The notes: generated from the letters alone by a model not told the origin. A stretch of DNA of 64,000 nucleotides from Marinicella sp. (GCA_965230295.1 OZ246001.1:416001-480000), one strand, 5' to 3'; shown: positions 1-11,700, numbered from the stretch's first letter. Translations and numbers: made by a program.

Positions 1-2646
1 TTTGGATCAGGCCAAATCGTGGGTGTTGCAGATTCAGGACTGGATCACAATGAAGATTGGTTTGCCCACCACGACAATGGATCTGGTGTGGTAACAGCCA
101 TCACGGCTGCAGAAGCCACTTTGCCACCCTTGATTGGGACTCTAAGCCCAGACAATAAAGTGGTAGGTTATTGGGTGATGCCCGGCGCCGCAGCTTATGA
201 TCATGGAACCAATCATGGAACCCATGTGGTTGGCTCTGTAGCTGGCGACGAATCCACCAATGTTTCATCACCCACCAGTTCTGGTTATGACAATGACGAT
301 GGCATGGCACCGAACGCACAAATTTTATTCCAAGACATCGGCAGTGCATCGGGCTTAACCGGGGTTGGATCCACCCCCATGTGGCAACAAGCCTATGCTG
401 CAGGTGTCAGGATTCACAGCAACAGTTATGGTTCATCAACCTTCGGTGAGTATGTCAGTTCTGACCGAAATGTAGACATTGCTTTGCGAGAGTTGGATAA
501 CATGATCATTGCCATCGCTGCCGGAAATGATGATGGCTTTAATAACACCACAGGCTCACCGGCCAATTCCAAAAGTGCCTTATCTGTTGGCGCATTGGGT
601 CATGGCAACAGCACTTCAGTGGCCGGATTTTCGAACCGGGGGTTAACAGACGATGGCAGATTGAAGCCAGACATTGCAGCCACTGGTTCCAGCATCCAAT
701 CGGCAGCTGGTGACACCAACAACTCCAGTACCATCGATCCCAATCCAAGCCGAACCACCAAAAGTGGCACATCCATGTCTACACCAATCACAGCAGGCAC
801 CACCGCTTTGTTGCGCCAATATTTCACTGATGGATTTTACCCAACTGGCGTGGCCAATCCCAGTGATGCCCTGATCCCAAGTGGACCATTGATGAAGGCC
901 ATGTTGTTGAGTGGCACCAGCACAGATTCCGGTTTTTTCGACAAAAACACCGGTTGGGGAAGACCTTGGTTGGAAAACACCTTATATTTCCCTGGCAGTG
1001 ATCGATCTTTTAGATTTTGGGACGTCACCCATGAATCTGGCCTGAGCACAGGTGAAAGCATCAGCTTTGATGTAGATGTTTTGGCAGGCGAAGAGTTTCG
1101 GGCGGCTTTGGTTTGGTATGACGTACCGGGACCAACAGGTTCAGGTGTTACTTTAGTCAACAACCTCAACCTGACCGTTGCTGCCCCAGGAAACACCTAT
1201 TTAGGAAATCGATTCAGTGGTGATGTTTCGATAACCGGGGGCTCTGCAGACAACCTCAATACAGTAGAACAAGTCAGACTTGAAACCCCTGCTACTGGCA
1301 CCTACACCATCACTGTAGATGCACCCAATGTTCCAGGCGATGGTGATTTTGGCACTGATAAACAGGGCTTTGCATTGGTGGTATCAGGACGACTGGGGTC
1401 CAATTCACCAGTGGCCATTGGCGACCCCAGCAGCCTGACAGCCAATGACACTGGCGTCAGTGGCGTTGATTTAAATTGGTCTGCTGCCAGCGGTGCCGAT
1501 CATTATGACATTTATCGAGCTGATGGTAGCTGTGCCTCTATGAATCCGGGCGAATTCAGATACATCGGTCAATCAACAGTTAACAGCTATAATGACATCA
1601 ACACCTCTGGTGGCTATGAATATGCCTATCAAATCAGGGCTTTCAATGCGGACAACCAAAGTAATTATTCCAATTGTGCAGATGTGCTTTCTACTCAAGC
1701 TTGTTTGATCCCACCTACATACAACCGCAGTTCAGCCGGTGTCAGCAGTCAAACCAATGACACTTGTGAAATTACGTTGAGTTGGGATGCTGCCAGCAGT
1801 AATTGTCCCACCGATCCCGATTTGACTTACAATATTTACCGTTCTGATACCCATAATTTCATCCCGGGTCCGGGTAATTTGTTAACCACCACAGCCCCCA
1901 ATGTCACCAGTTTCAGTGACACGATGGTCAGTCAAGGTGAAAATTATTTTTATCGCATCAGTGCCGTTAACAACGGCAATGAAACACAACTGACTCCCGA
2001 ATTGGTCAACTCTCCAATCGGAACCCCATCAGCCCTCGAAGGCACCATGGGTGACAACCAAGGTGTTGATGACGCCAATTTGATGATGACCTTAGAATCT
2101 CCATGGTCTGTATCTAATGATGACAGCAGTGCTGGCTCTTTAAGTTATCGATCGGCACCAGAGGGAGCCAACAGTTACTCGTCTAACTTATGTGCCAGGG
2201 CCTATTCACCAGTCATTTCCATTCCTGTAGCTGGTTCTTCAGCTCCTGTGTTGTCTTACAAAGCCAACTATGAAATTGAAGCCGATTGGGATGGAATCGT
2301 GGTTGAAATTTCAACCGATGGTGGTGCCAATTGGGTTGACTTACCTCCTGTCGGCGGCTATCCAGGCGATTTCAGTCAAACCGGCAACCCGGCAATCAAT
2401 GGATGTGGTTATGCAGCAAGCCATGGTGCCATCAATGGTACCAGCAATGGAGCTTTTGAAGATTTCAGTCACGCACTTTCAGCCTATACAGGTCAGACGG
2501 TTCAATTCAGATGGAGTTTTTCAACGGATCCTGGCTTTGAACAAGAAGGCTTCTATTTGGATGAAATCAACTATGAAAACATCCACCTGCCAAACACTTG
2601 TAATATGGGCAGCTCTGATATAATTTTTATTGATGGTTTTGAATAA
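1..2646 (+). CDS. Secreted S8 subtilisin-like serine protease (KP-43-like) with FN3-like and jelly-roll accessory domains; 5' end lies outside the window
   Basis: Frame is open from base 1 (FGSGQIVGVADSGLD). Catalytic motifs DSG, HGTHVVG, AAGN and SGTSMS are present, followed by FN3-like repeats (LNWSAA..YDIYRA..YAYQIRAFN). Ends DIIFIDGFE. Confidence 0.92.
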   Translation, partial: FGSGQIVGVADSGLDHNEDWFAHHDNGSGVVTAITAAEATLPPLIGTLSPDNKVVGYWVMPGAAAYDHGTNHGTHVVGSVAGDESTNVSSPTSSGYDNDDGMAPNAQILFQDIGSASGLTGVGSTPMWQQAYAAGVRIHSNSYGSSTFGEYVSSDRNVDIALRELDNMIIAIAAGNDDGFNNTTGSPANSKSALSVGALGHGNSTSVAGFSNRGLTDDGRLKPDIAATGSSIQSAAGDTNNSSTIDPNPSRTTKSGTSMSTPITAGTTALLRQYFTDGFYPTGVANPSDALIPSGPLMKAMLLSGTSTDSGFFDKNTGWGRPWLENTLYFPGSDRSFRFWDVTHESGLSTGESISFDVDVLAGEEFRAALVWYDVPGPTGSGVTLVNNLNLTVAAPGNTYLGNRFSGDVSITGGSADNLNTVEQVRLETPATGTYTITVDAPNVPGDGDFGTDKQGFALVVSGRLGSNSPVAIGDPSSLTANDTGVSGVDLNWSAASGADHYDIYRADGSCASMNPGEFRYIGQSTVNSYNDINTSGGYEYAYQIRAFNADNQSNYSNCADVLSTQACLIPPTYNRSSAGVSSQTNDTCEITLSWDAASSNCPTDPDLTYNIYRSDTHNFIPGPGNLLTTTAPNVTSFSDTMVSQGENYFYRISAVNNGNETQLTPELVNSPIGTPSALEGTMGDNQGVDDANLMMTLESPWSVSNDDSSAGSLSYRSAPEGANSYSSNLCARAYSPVISIPVAGSSAPVLSYKANYEIEADWDGIVVEISTDGGANWVDLPPVGGYPGDFSQTGNPAINGCGYAASHGAINGTSNGAFEDFSHALSAYTGQTVQFRWSFSTDPGFEQEGFYLDEINYENIHLPNTCNMGSSDIIFIDGFE

Positions 2647-2669
2647 AACCTGAATTCAATACTTGTAGT

Positions 2670-2706
2670 AAGCCGCTGTTCAATTCCTTGAATGGCGGCT
2701 TTTTTA
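2670..2706 (+). terminator. Intrinsic terminator hairpin between convergent genes
   Basis: AAGCCGCTGTTCAA-TTCC-TTGAATGGCGGCTT followed by a T run; overlaps the stop codon of the convergent trpF-like gene. Confidence 0.75.
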
Positions 2707-3357
2707 TTTTGACCCTGACTGACTGGCCCGAATAAAGTTTGTGAGCTTTTCAGCATCCAAGCAGTCATCTGTTCTGACACTGCTACACAAGTCCAAACCA
2801 TAAGGATGTACTTGGCTGATGGCCTGTGCCACGTTCTCTGCACTTAATCCACCCGCCAAATAGACCGGTATTGACACCGATTCAACGATTTGTTGGCTCA
2901 ATCCCCAATCGTGTGTCCGACCGGTACCACCCAATTCTTTGATGGCTAAATTGGGGTTGCCGCTGTCCAGTAACAAAGCATCCACATGTTTCGCCACTGA
3001 TTCAGCTTGGGTCACTGAATCCTGATCGATGACATGAATCACTTGTACCAATTTAACTCCAGGCAAAGCTGATTTGATGTCAGCATAGGTGCCTGACTCA
3101 AGGGCGTCGACCAATTGTAAAGCACTGCTGTTCACTTTTCGATGATGAGCAATGATTCTGGCGGCGGAGGTTTCACTGGTTAACAAGAATGTTTCAATGT
3201 GTGCAGGCACTTCAGCTGCAATGGCGGCGGCCATCTCATCCGAGATGATCCCGGGACCGCTGGGCATGTCACCCACCAGTCCCAGTATGTCTGCCCCGGA
3301 AGCCACTGCTGTTTTCGCCTCCTGAATGGAAGAAATACAACAAATCTTAATCTTCAC
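2704..3357 (-). CDS. trpF: Second phosphoribosylanthranilate isomerase (TrpF-like)
   Basis: Motifs [34 protein letters not shown] and PYGLDLCSSV. Likely start is GTG at 3357, with GAGG upstream, overlapping the folC stop; the ORF-track start at 3408 lies deeper inside folC. Confidence 0.8.
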   Translation of the reverse strand: MKIKICCISSIQEAKTAVASGADILGLVGDMPSGPGIISDEMAAAIAAEVPAHIETFLLTSETSAARIIAHHRKVNSSALQLVDALESGTYADIKSALPGVKLVQVIHVIDQDSVTQAESVAKHVDALLLDSGNPNLAIKELGGTGRTHDWGLSQQIVESVSIPVYLAGGLSAENVAQAISQVHPYGLDLCSSVRTDDCLDAEKLTNFIRASQSGSK

Positions 3358-4621
3358 TAAACACCTCTTCCAGCACATGGAATGAACCGAATACAACGAT
3401 TCGGTCATCCGGATTAGCCAATGACAAAGCCATGTTGTAGGCCTGTTTCGCTGATGAAAATGTGGAAAACAAATTCACTTGATCTGCCATCATCAGTTTT
3501 AAGTCATCCAATTCCAATGCCCGGGCATTGTTCAACTCAAACACCAGCCAATGATCAAAGGTGCCTCTGAGTTCTGCGAGCCAATTTTCTGGTTCCTTGT
3601 CAGCCAACACTGAAAATATTGCAATGGTTTCACCCGCTATGGGATGAGCTGTTAACCACTGGTTTAAGCTTGATACCGCCTGCTTGTTGTGGGCCACATC
3701 AGCCAAAACCAGGGGCTGTTCATGCATGGTTTGTAAACGACCCGGTATCTGCCATTGGGCCAAAACTTGCTGCAATTCTTTGGTATGAAACTGATAACCC
3801 AATGCCAACATCGCTGTCAAAGCACTGGAAAAATTTTTGATTTGCCAATCCCCTTTGGCAACTGGCATATTCAATTGCTTGAATTGCTGCTCACCCGATT
3901 GATAGCTCCAGTCTGACGCATTGATTTGACAACCATAGGCCTCATCAATGGCCAATAAACGTGAATTCAGCTCACTGGCTTTGGTCAGTATGGCTTGTGG
4001 AACATTCAAGTCACCGTAAATAACTGGAGTATCTGCTCGCATGATGCCCGCTTTCTCTTGAGCAATGGTTTCAACATCGCTGCCCAACCATTCGGTGTGA
4101 TCGATATCAACCGTGGTGATGATCGCCACGTCTGCATCCAATGAATTGGTGGCATCAAGGCGCCCCCCTAACCCAACCTCCAACACGATGACGTCGACAC
4201 GATGACTGATAAACACCAGTAATGCCGCCAGAAATGCGTACTCAAAGTAAGACAAACTGATTTCACTTTTGGCTTCATCAATGGCAGTAAAAGCTGTCAG
4301 TATTTCATCATCACTCGCTGCTTCGCCGTTGATGTTGATCCGTTCATTGAAAGTGAAGATATGAGGCGAAGTGAAGGCACCAAATGAAAGGCCTTTGGAT
4401 CGCAGCAGGCCACACAAGGCAGCCACAGTCGACCCTTTGCCGTTGGTGCCGCCCACTGTAATGATTTGCTTGGCTGGCTGCGACAATTGCAGGCGATCAA
4501 GAACAAGGCGCAGCCGGTCTAGCCCTAAATCAATTTTGAATTGATTCAGGGCTTCCAGTCTTTGATTAAGCAACTGATGAGTTTCTGACTTTTGTTTTGA
4601 TTTATTCTTGTGGGTGGTCAT
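3347..4621 (-). CDS. folC: Bifunctional folylpolyglutamate/dihydrofolate synthase
   Basis: Motifs [41 protein letters not shown] and DVAHN; follows accD. Confidence 0.96.
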   Translation of the reverse strand: MTTHKNKSKQKSETHQLLNQRLEALNQFKIDLGLDRLRLVLDRLQLSQPAKQIITVGGTNGKGSTVAALCGLLRSKGLSFGAFTSPHIFTFNERININGEAASDDEILTAFTAIDEAKSEISLSYFEYAFLAALLVFISHRVDVIVLEVGLGGRLDATNSLDADVAIITTVDIDHTEWLGSDVETIAQEKAGIMRADTPVIYGDLNVPQAILTKASELNSRLLAIDEAYGCQINASDWSYQSGEQQFKQLNMPVAKGDWQIKNFSSALTAMLALGYQFHTKELQQVLAQWQIPGRLQTMHEQPLVLADVAHNKQAVSSLNQWLTAHPIAGETIAIFSVLADKEPENWLAELRGTFDHWLVFELNNARALELDDLKLMMADQVNLFSTFSSAKQAYNMALSLANPDDRIVVFGSFHVLEEVFSED

Positions 4622-5513
4622 CGGCCACGATTACTTCATCGGGTTCAACCGCTTCGGAAGACAGTGGCTTCAGCAAATCCAGCAGTTGGTGAATTTTTTC
4701 ACTTAAATCATGACGCGCCACAATCATATCAATGGCACCATGCTCTAACAAAAACTCACTGCGTTGGAAGCCTTCAGGCAAGGTTTCCCGAACCGTTTGT
4801 TCTATCACACGAGGACCAGCAAAACAGATCAGCGCATTGGGTTCTGCGATGTTGACATCACCTAACATGGCCAAAGAAGCTGATACACCACCAGTGGTCG
4901 GATTGGTCAACACTGAAATGTATGGCAAACCGGCCAATTTCATGCGTTTCAAGGCAGCGGCTGTCTTTGACATTTGCATCAGGGAAAACAAGGATTCTTG
5001 CATTCTGGCACCGCCAGAAGCCGAAAAATTAATCAAAGGCAGCTGCTCCTTCAATGCCAGGTGCACAGCCCTCACAAATTTTTCACCGACCACCGAACCC
5101 ATGGAGCCTGCCATGAATTTAAAATCAAAAGCAGTCACCACCACATCACGACCTTTCAGTTGCCCTTTGACAGCCACCAAAGCATCGTTCTCACCCGTTG
5201 CCTTTTGGGTGGCCACTATGCGGTCTTTATAGCGTTTGCTGTCTTTGAATTTCAACGGATCTTCAGGTTTTACATCGGCCGCAATTTCAACCATTGGTGA
5301 ATCATCTAAAAAGAATTCTATGCGTTCCCGGCCCGACAAAGATTCATGGTGCCCACATTTAGGGCATACTTTGCCATGTTTGATGGTTTCAGGTTGGTAC
5401 AAGACGGCTTCGCACTGTTTGCACTTACCCCACAGGCCCTCAGGAATGTTTTTCTTTTTTTTGCCACCTTCGGTTCGAATTCTTGATGACATTATTTTTT
5501 GAAACCAGCTCAT
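4602..5513 (-). CDS. accD: Acetyl-CoA carboxylase carboxyltransferase beta subunit
   Basis: [13 protein letters not shown] zinc ribbon, [30 protein letters not shown] and [10 protein letters not shown]. Confidence 0.97.
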   Translation of the reverse strand: MSWFQKIMSSRIRTEGGKKKKNIPEGLWGKCKQCEAVLYQPETIKHGKVCPKCGHHESLSGRERIEFFLDDSPMVEIAADVKPEDPLKFKDSKRYKDRIVATQKATGENDALVAVKGQLKGRDVVVTAFDFKFMAGSMGSVVGEKFVRAVHLALKEQLPLINFSASGGARMQESLFSLMQMSKTAAALKRMKLAGLPYISVLTNPTTGGVSASLAMLGDVNIAEPNALICFAGPRVIEQTVRETLPEGFQRSEFLLEHGAIDMIVARHDLSEKIHQLLDLLKPLSSEAVEPDEVIVADDHPQE

Positions 5514-5546
5514 GTGAACTCCAATTAATTTCTACGGGACAGTCAA

Positions 5547-6344
5547 TTATAACGAATCGAGCGCCGTTCTGATAGGTTTGATGAAATCAGTCATGGCCTG
5601 TTTTGCTGACTCAATCGAGTCACAGGACCCCAAAACACTGACCAAAGCACTGCCTATGACCACTGCATCTGCTTCTTGAGCGACCGCCACAGCAGATTCA
5701 GCGTCTTTCACACCAAATCCTACCGCTATGGGCAAATCAGTGTGTTGTCTGATTTTCTTGACATCTGCATTGACCGAATCACTGTTTAAGTCTGCCGATC
5801 CAGTTACTCCTTTCAGGGCCACATAGTAAACAAAACCTGAAGCGTGACGACATATCATGGCTTTGCGCTCTTCTGTGGTGGTGGGCGCAACCAAAAATAT
5901 TTGATTCAATTCATGTTGGCGCATTTTCAGTAATAAATCATCTGATTCTTCCGGGGGACTGTCAACCAACAACAAAGCATCAACACCAGCTTGCTTAGCC
6001 TGCTCGACAAAAACATCGTTACCCATACACTCAACCGGATTTAAATAACCCATCAACACCACTGGTGTCTGTTGGTCTTTGCGGCGGAACGACTTGACCA
6101 TCTCAATGGTGTTGTCAATACCCACACCATGTTCAATGGCTTGTTCAGAAGCATGTTGGATCACTGGACCATCAGCCATGGGATCTGAAAATGGCATGCC
6201 CAATTCAATGATGTCAGCACCACAATCAACCAAATGGTGCATGATTTCAACAGTCATTTCAGGATCAGGATGTCCGGCTGTCACAAACGGAATCAGTGCT
6301 TTTTTACCAGCCAATGTTTCGAACCGTTGTTTGATTAAACTCAT
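5547..6344 (-). CDS. trpA: Tryptophan synthase alpha subunit
   Basis: Motifs [28 protein letters not shown] and AVGFGV; overlaps the trpB stop. Confidence 0.97.
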   Translation of the reverse strand: MSLIKQRFETLAGKKALIPFVTAGHPDPEMTVEIMHHLVDCGADIIELGMPFSDPMADGPVIQHASEQAIEHGVGIDNTIEMVKSFRRKDQQTPVVLMGYLNPVECMGNDVFVEQAKQAGVDALLLVDSPPEESDDLLLKMRQHELNQIFLVAPTTTEERKAMICRHASGFVYYVALKGVTGSADLNSDSVNADVKKIRQHTDLPIAVGFGVKDAESAVAVAQEADAVVIGSALVSVLGSCDSIESAKQAMTDFIKPIRTALDSL

Positions 6345-7540
6345 ACCAAGACCCCCTCAATGGCAGCAATGGTGTGTACATCCTTATCACCACGTCCAGA
6401 TAAATTAACAATGATGTTTTGCTCTGCTGATAAAGTGGCTGCCAATTGTTGTCCATAGGCCACTGCATGGGCCGATTCCAAAGCCGGTAATATCCCTTCT
6501 ATCCGGGTTAAATCGTGGAAAGCCTTCAAAGCCTGGTCATCATTCACAGTCACATATTGAGCGCGCCCGGATTCATTCAAAAAAGCATGCTCAGGGCCGA
6601 CACCTGGGTAATCAAGTCCAGCTGAAATTGAGTGAGTCTCAATGATTTGACCTTGTTTATCAGACATCACATAGGTCCTGTTGCCATGTAAAACACCAAT
6701 CTTTCCTGCCGTTATTGATGCCGCATGCTCACCAGTTTCAACCCCATGACCACCGGCTTCTACACCATATATGGCCACTGCTTCGTCATCCAAAAACGGG
6801 TGAAACAATCCCATGGCATTCGATCCACCACCCACACAAGCCACCAAAGCATCAGGCAAACCACCAACTTTTTCAGCAAATTGTTTTTTGGCTTCTTTGC
6901 CAATCACTGAATTAAAGTCTCTGACCATTTGTGGATAAGGGTCCGGACCTGCCACCGTTCCTATGATGTAAAAAGTATCATCAACATGGGTAACCCAATC
7001 ACGCATGGCTTCATTCAAAGCATCTTTCAACGTTTTAGAACCCGAGTCCACGCTGCGCACTTCAGCACCCATTAATTTCATGCGGTAAACATTGATGGCT
7101 TGTCGCGCAATGTCAACTTCTCCCATATAAACCACACATTCCAGCCCCAAACGCGCACAAACTGTTGCAGTGGCCACACCATGTTGCCCAGCACCTGTTT
7201 CTGCTATGATGCGTTTTTTTCCCATGGCCTTGGCCAACAAAATCTGCCCCACAGTGTTGTTGATCTTGTGAGCACCGGTATGATTTAAATCTTCGCGTTT
7301 TAACCAAATCTTGGCACCACCAGACACCTGTGTTAATCGTTCAGCGAAATAAAGTGGCGATGGTCGGCCAACATAATCTGCCAAATCGTGATTAAACAGC
7401 GCCAAAAATGCCTCATCATTTTTAAGGCGGGCATAGGCCTCTTGTAGTTCAGCGAGGCAATGCATCAGCGTTTCGCTGGCGAAAATGCCGCCAAACTGAC
7501 CAAAATGCCCCCTGTTATCGGGATAATCTGAATATTTCAT
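6341..7540 (-). CDS. trpB: Tryptophan synthase beta subunit
   Basis: Motifs [15 protein letters not shown] (PLP lysine), [18 protein letters not shown] and [13 protein letters not shown]. Start is uncertain: 7540 (MKYSDYPD) or 7591/7594. Confidence 0.97.
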   Translation of the reverse strand: MKYSDYPDNRGHFGQFGGIFASETLMHCLAELQEAYARLKNDEAFLALFNHDLADYVGRPSPLYFAERLTQVSGGAKIWLKREDLNHTGAHKINNTVGQILLAKAMGKKRIIAETGAGQHGVATATVCARLGLECVVYMGEVDIARQAINVYRMKLMGAEVRSVDSGSKTLKDALNEAMRDWVTHVDDTFYIIGTVAGPDPYPQMVRDFNSVIGKEAKKQFAEKVGGLPDALVACVGGGSNAMGLFHPFLDDEAVAIYGVEAGGHGVETGEHAASITAGKIGVLHGNRTYVMSDKQGQIIETHSISAGLDYPGVGPEHAFLNESGRAQYVTVNDDQALKAFHDLTRIEGILPALESAHAVAYGQQLAATLSAEQNIIVNLSGRGDKDVHTIAAIEGVLV

Positions 7541-7571
7541 AGTCTTTTTATTGTGGGTTTTATTTTGATTT

Positions 7572-8213
7572 TTAATTATTTTTTTCGTCATCAAAGGACT
7601 TTACTTCATCCATCAATGCCTTCATTTTAGATCTCGATTTTACGCCAGGAGATGCTTCAATACCACTGCTGGTATCAATATATTTTGCAGCTGTTATCTG
7701 TAATGCCAATCTGACATTTTCTGCATGAATGCCACCCGCTAAAATCATCGAATCTCGCAGCACTTCAGGTATCTTAAACCACTCAAATGACCTACCAGAA
7801 CCACCCGATTGTTTTCGTCCATAGGCATCTAGTAAATAAGCCGCTGCTGAAGGGTGTTGGTTGACATATGCCGAATAGTCATTCACGGTTAACATGGGCA
7901 CCGCTTTCCAGTATGGCCGATTAAACTGTTGACAAAATTCAGCCTCTTCATCACCGTGAAACTGAATCACATCTGGTTTGATCTTATTAACCACATCCGC
8001 AATAAAACTGGCTTCCTGATTTGCAAACAAAGCCACTGCTGTGACGCCCGCTTGCTGAGCTGATTGAACCAACGGAATGGCGTCTTGAATGGTGATATAT
8101 CGAGGGCTTTGGGGCACAAACACAAAGCCGACTGCATCAACGCCACACCCAATCGCCGCATCAACATCTGATGGCGTTCTTAAGCCACAAAATTTAACCC
8201 GTGTATTACTCAT
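7572..8213 (-). CDS. trpF: Phosphoribosylanthranilate isomerase (canonical operon copy)
   Basis: Motifs [33 protein letters not shown] and ILAGGI. ATG at 8213 overlaps the truA stop; canonical truA-trpF-trpB order. Confidence 0.95.
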   Translation of the reverse strand: MSNTRVKFCGLRTPSDVDAAIGCGVDAVGFVFVPQSPRYITIQDAIPLVQSAQQAGVTAVALFANQEASFIADVVNKIKPDVIQFHGDEEAEFCQQFNRPYWKAVPMLTVNDYSAYVNQHPSAAAYLLDAYGRKQSGGSGRSFEWFKIPEVLRDSMILAGGIHAENVRLALQITAAKYIDTSSGIEASPGVKSRSKMKALMDEVKSFDDEKNN

Positions 8214-8967
8214 AGTTGGGGATATCATATATTTCTGGGTAAGTGACATTGGTAAAAGTCAGGCCTTCCGGAGGAGCTGTCATGCCGGCTTGTTTGCGAT
8301 CTTTACTCATCAACACGTCATTCACCCAACTGATTGGTTTTTTACCATGACCAACTTTTATTAACGTGCCCACAATGTTTCTAATCATGTGATGCAAAAA
8401 GCCATTGGCAGTGAACTTGAATGTAATCACATCTCCATCCCTACTGACTGATGCCTGCAACATCCTCCTTTCAGGGTGGTGGGCCTGGCACTTGCTGGAT
8501 CTGAATGCACTGAAATCATGGACTCCCAATAAACTTTGAACGGCTTCATGCATCGCATTGTGGTCCAGGTCATGTAAAATCCACGTCAAATGATGTCGAT
8601 TAATGGCAGGTCTGACCTCTCGATTCAAAATTTGGTACACGTAACTTCTGCTGGTGGCAGAAAATCGAGCATGGAATTCATCATTCACAGGCAAGACCCA
8701 CAGAACAACGATGCCGTTGTGTAGTGCCGTGTTGATGCCCAACTTCCATTGCCTTTCAGTTCTCGTGGCTTCGGTTTCAAAGTGAATCACTTGATGCGTG
8801 GCACTCACACCAGTATCGGTCCTTCCTGCACAATGTATCTTCACTGGATGGTTGGCAACCTGGCTGATTGCTTTTTCTAAACATGACTGTACTGTAGGTT
8901 CTTGTTTTTGTATCTGAAACCCAAAAAATGGTTGTCCATCATATTCAATACCACAAGCAATACGCAT
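8206..8967 (-). CDS. truA: tRNA pseudouridine(38-40) synthase
   Basis: Motifs IEYDG, CAGRTDTGV, FHARFSA, HDFSAFR and FLHHMIRNIVG. Confidence 0.96.
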   Translation of the reverse strand: MRIACGIEYDGQPFFGFQIQKQEPTVQSCLEKAISQVANHPVKIHCAGRTDTGVSATHQVIHFETEATRTERQWKLGINTALHNGIVVLWVLPVNDEFHARFSATSRSYVYQILNREVRPAINRHHLTWILHDLDHNAMHEAVQSLLGVHDFSAFRSSKCQAHHPERRMLQASVSRDGDVITFKFTANGFLHHMIRNIVGTLIKVGHGKKPISWVNDVLMSKDRKQAGMTAPPEGLTFTNVTYPEIYDIPNYE

Positions 8968-9001
8968 AAAAAAAGCCGAATCAAAAATCCGGCTTATTAT
9001 A
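8968..9001 (-). terminator. Terminator-like hairpin after fimV, adjacent to a TATAAT -10 element and directly abutting the truA ATG
   Basis: Minus strand reads TATAAT-AAGCCGGAT-TTTTG-ATTCGGCTT-TTTTT-ATG. Confidence 0.55.
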
Positions 9002-9019
9002 GGTTAAGGATGACAAGAA

Positions 9020-11587
9020 TTACATATCATCAATCAGTTTCTTGGCTGCTTCAACCTGTTCAGCAGAACCTTCTGACACAATTTCATCCAGTAAGTTTTT
9101 AGCGCCTTCAGCATCGCCCATATCAATGTATGCTTTGGCCAAATCCAGCTTGGTATCAATGGCATCACCTTCTTCTAACAGGTCTTCCAAGCCTAAATCA
9201 ATTTCTTCATCCATACTGCCCTCATCGTCTTCATTTAATTCAAAAGTTTCAGCTTCATCTTCAGAAATATCTAACATGTCATTGAAGTCATCGTCACTTG
9301 ATTCTGATTCATCAGCAACTTCTTCATCGTCAGACACACTGATGTCTTCCGCTTGCTCTATTTCATCCAACTCTTCATCCAGGTCAAAGTCAAAATCTTC
9401 ATCAAAACTGAAATCATCATCAGCAACTTCTTCGGCAGCTTCTTCAACCACCTCTTCTGCAGCTTCTTCTAATTCGTCTATGGCATCCTCAGCATCTTCT
9501 GCTATGGTGTCAATCTCTTCATCCAGATCCAAATCATCAAATAAATCATCAGCCTCTTCGCTGCTATCTTCTGATGTATCATCTGCATCAATCTCTTCTA
9601 CAGCATCCTCTTCCTCATCGAACGACACATCTGCCAAGGTTTCACTGTGATCAGCTGTCACCGACATATTTGAATCATAATCATCGTCTGAATCTTCATC
9701 ATTCAGGAAACCATCAAGGTCAAAACCGTCGTCGCTTTTTTCTTCAAATGAAAACTCATCTGCCGTCTCAGAGTCTGACTCAGCTTCGTCACTGTCTTCA
9801 TCAAACATGATGCTCTTGTCTAATTCCGCCAGGACATCATCTTCATTTTCAGTTGTTTCTTCAAATTCATCTTCTTCCAATGGTTCATTCATCTTGGTGT
9901 CAGCCGAATCATCATCTTCTTCAACAAACTCTTGATCTTCTTCTTTATTGCGGTTTTTGATGTCATCTAAGAAACTGGTGTCTTCATCATCACCACCATC
10001 TCCTTTTCGCAGTGCCCTGGGTAAGAATATCAAAACAACCAGTGTAACCAATCCTATCAACACCCATTTGAGGTTATCCATGACCCAGTTAACCGCTGTA
10101 TCGACCATAGACTCACTTTCCGTGGCACCACTGAATTTTGGTGGGCTGGCAGGCTCAGTGCTTTCAGCTTCATCTGCGGCATCATCTGTGCTGTCCACTG
10201 TTGATGAATCAACACCTGTATCTGTTTCTGTCACATCAACTGCATCAACAGTTAAATTCAAAGCATCATCTATACCTTCATCAGTTGTTGTATCTGTTGT
10301 TGTATCGGTACTGACATCTTGTGAATCACCCCAAATGTCGTCAGTCGAATCATCCAACCCAGCCACAGTGTTGTCAGTGGTTTCTGTGATATCGTCTTCG
10401 GTTGTATTGGCCAATTGATTTTCCAGATTTGCCAAACTGTCATCTCCGATCTCAAGCACTTCCTGTTGTTGTTCTACGATGTCTTCCAACTCAGAAATAC
10501 GTTCTTTTAACTCCGTATTTTCACTGTCTTTGTTATACAGGTCTTCTTCCATAGCCTGAATGTCTGATGATGTGCCTTCATCTGAGTTGGATTGGCCGGT
10601 ATCAGAGCCATCACTGTCGCCTCCAGACAATTGCACACCATAGTCTAGGCTTGATGCAGGCTCTTCATAGGTAGGCACGCTGGTTTCTTGCGTTTGAAAA
10701 CTGGTGTAATCCTGTTGTGCTGGTGCCCAAGATTGGTGGTGCGATTCAACTTGCGCCAAGGCCTCAGAATAACCAATACTCGAAACTTCATCGATGGTGG
10801 GCATGGTCAAACGACTGCCCTTAACCAGTTGATTGATGTTGTTGTCTAAAAATGCAGATGGGTTGTTGTTATAAATTGCCATCATCATTTGATGGGTAGA
10901 CAAGTCACCCACTTTGTTGTTATTGGCAATCCTCCACAAAGTATCTCCCGCCTCAACATATACTTCAGAACTGGCATTGCTATATACCGGCGTACTGTCA
11001 ACAGATGATACCGGCTCCTCTTGTGTTGTGGTTTCTTCAGCCACATCAACCGTTGTGGTATCCTCACGAGGCTGTAATACAGGTGAGCTGTCTTCTGCTT
11101 CAACAGCAGGCTCTTCTGCAATGGGTTCTTCAATAACAGTATCCTGGATAGGTTCTACTACCACATTGTTGACCTGGACATTGGCACTGCTTTCGTAAAC
11201 AGGCGGATCCAACAGGATGGTGAACTCACGCAAAATTCGGCCATTGTTCCAGTTCACATCTAACAACAGGCTTACAATTGGCTCAGTCACCGGGCCATTC
11301 GAAGTGACATTGATTTGATATGGGTTTTCTTCGTCAAAACTAACCAGGATGTTAGATGGCACAAAAGATTTATCTAAACCAACTTTTTGATAATCATCGC
11401 TGCTGGCTAATTTAACTTCTAGATTTTGTAGCTCTTCTTCAGTGTTGGTGATCAATTCAATGCTAGAACGCAATGGTTCATTCAAAGCTGAATAGACTTG
11501 AATTTTGCCCATTCCCAAAGAAAGAGAAGATTGTGAGACGATGGTTAAGCCAATGACCAAGGCCAATAAAATCAATTTTTGCTTCAT
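9020..11587 (-). CDS. fimV: FimV/HubP polar landmark protein
   Basis: N-terminal LGMGKIQVYSALNEPL and GRILREFTILLDPP, LysM domain (VEAGDTLWRIA), coiled coil, one TM segment, long Asp/Glu-rich tail, C-terminal TKLDLAKAYIDMGD. Canonical asd-fimV-truA position. Confidence 0.93.
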   Translation of the reverse strand: MKQKLILLALVIGLTIVSQSSLSLGMGKIQVYSALNEPLRSSIELITNTEEELQNLEVKLASSDDYQKVGLDKSFVPSNILVSFDEENPYQINVTSNGPVTEPIVSLLLDVNWNNGRILREFTILLDPPVYESSANVQVNNVVVEPIQDTVIEEPIAEEPAVEAEDSSPVLQPREDTTTVDVAEETTTQEEPVSSVDSTPVYSNASSEVYVEAGDTLWRIANNNKVGDLSTHQMMMAIYNNNPSAFLDNNINQLVKGSRLTMPTIDEVSSIGYSEALAQVESHHQSWAPAQQDYTSFQTQETSVPTYEEPASSLDYGVQLSGGDSDGSDTGQSNSDEGTSSDIQAMEEDLYNKDSENTELKERISELEDIVEQQQEVLEIGDDSLANLENQLANTTEDDITETTDNTVAGLDDSTDDIWGDSQDVSTDTTTDTTTDEGIDDALNLTVDAVDVTETDTGVDSSTVDSTDDAADEAESTEPASPPKFSGATESESMVDTAVNWVMDNLKWVLIGLVTLVVLIFLPRALRKGDGGDDEDTSFLDDIKNRNKEEDQEFVEEDDDSADTKMNEPLEEDEFEETTENEDDVLAELDKSIMFDEDSDEAESDSETADEFSFEEKSDDGFDLDGFLNDEDSDDDYDSNMSVTADHSETLADVSFDEEEDAVEEIDADDTSEDSSEEADDLFDDLDLDEEIDTIAEDAEDAIDELEEAAEEVVEEAAEEVADDDFSFDEDFDFDLDEELDEIEQAEDISVSDDEEVADESESSDDDFNDMLDISEDEAETFELNEDDEGSMDEEIDLGLEDLLEEGDAIDTKLDLAKAYIDMGDAEGAKNLLDEIVSEGSAEQVEAAKKLIDDM

Positions 11588-11700
11588 AATTTACCCAATG
11601 CTTTTACGTTAGTATTTTTAGTGATATTAAGTTATCGTTATTGATGGTAACTAATTCTACAATAAAAATCCAAGAATTTATCTAAAAAAAGTCAGCTAAC

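Noticed and set aside
9230-9960. Quasi-repetitive TCTTCATC/TCATCA tract suggesting a DNA repeat array
   Set aside because: Explained by low-complexity acidic protein coding in fimV; no fixed repeat-spacer period.
9042-10418. Ser-rich plus-strand ORFs (202 aa and 156 aa)
   Set aside because: Antisense shadows of the Asp/Glu-rich FimV tail; GAA/GAT codons read as Ser-rich open frames on the other strand.
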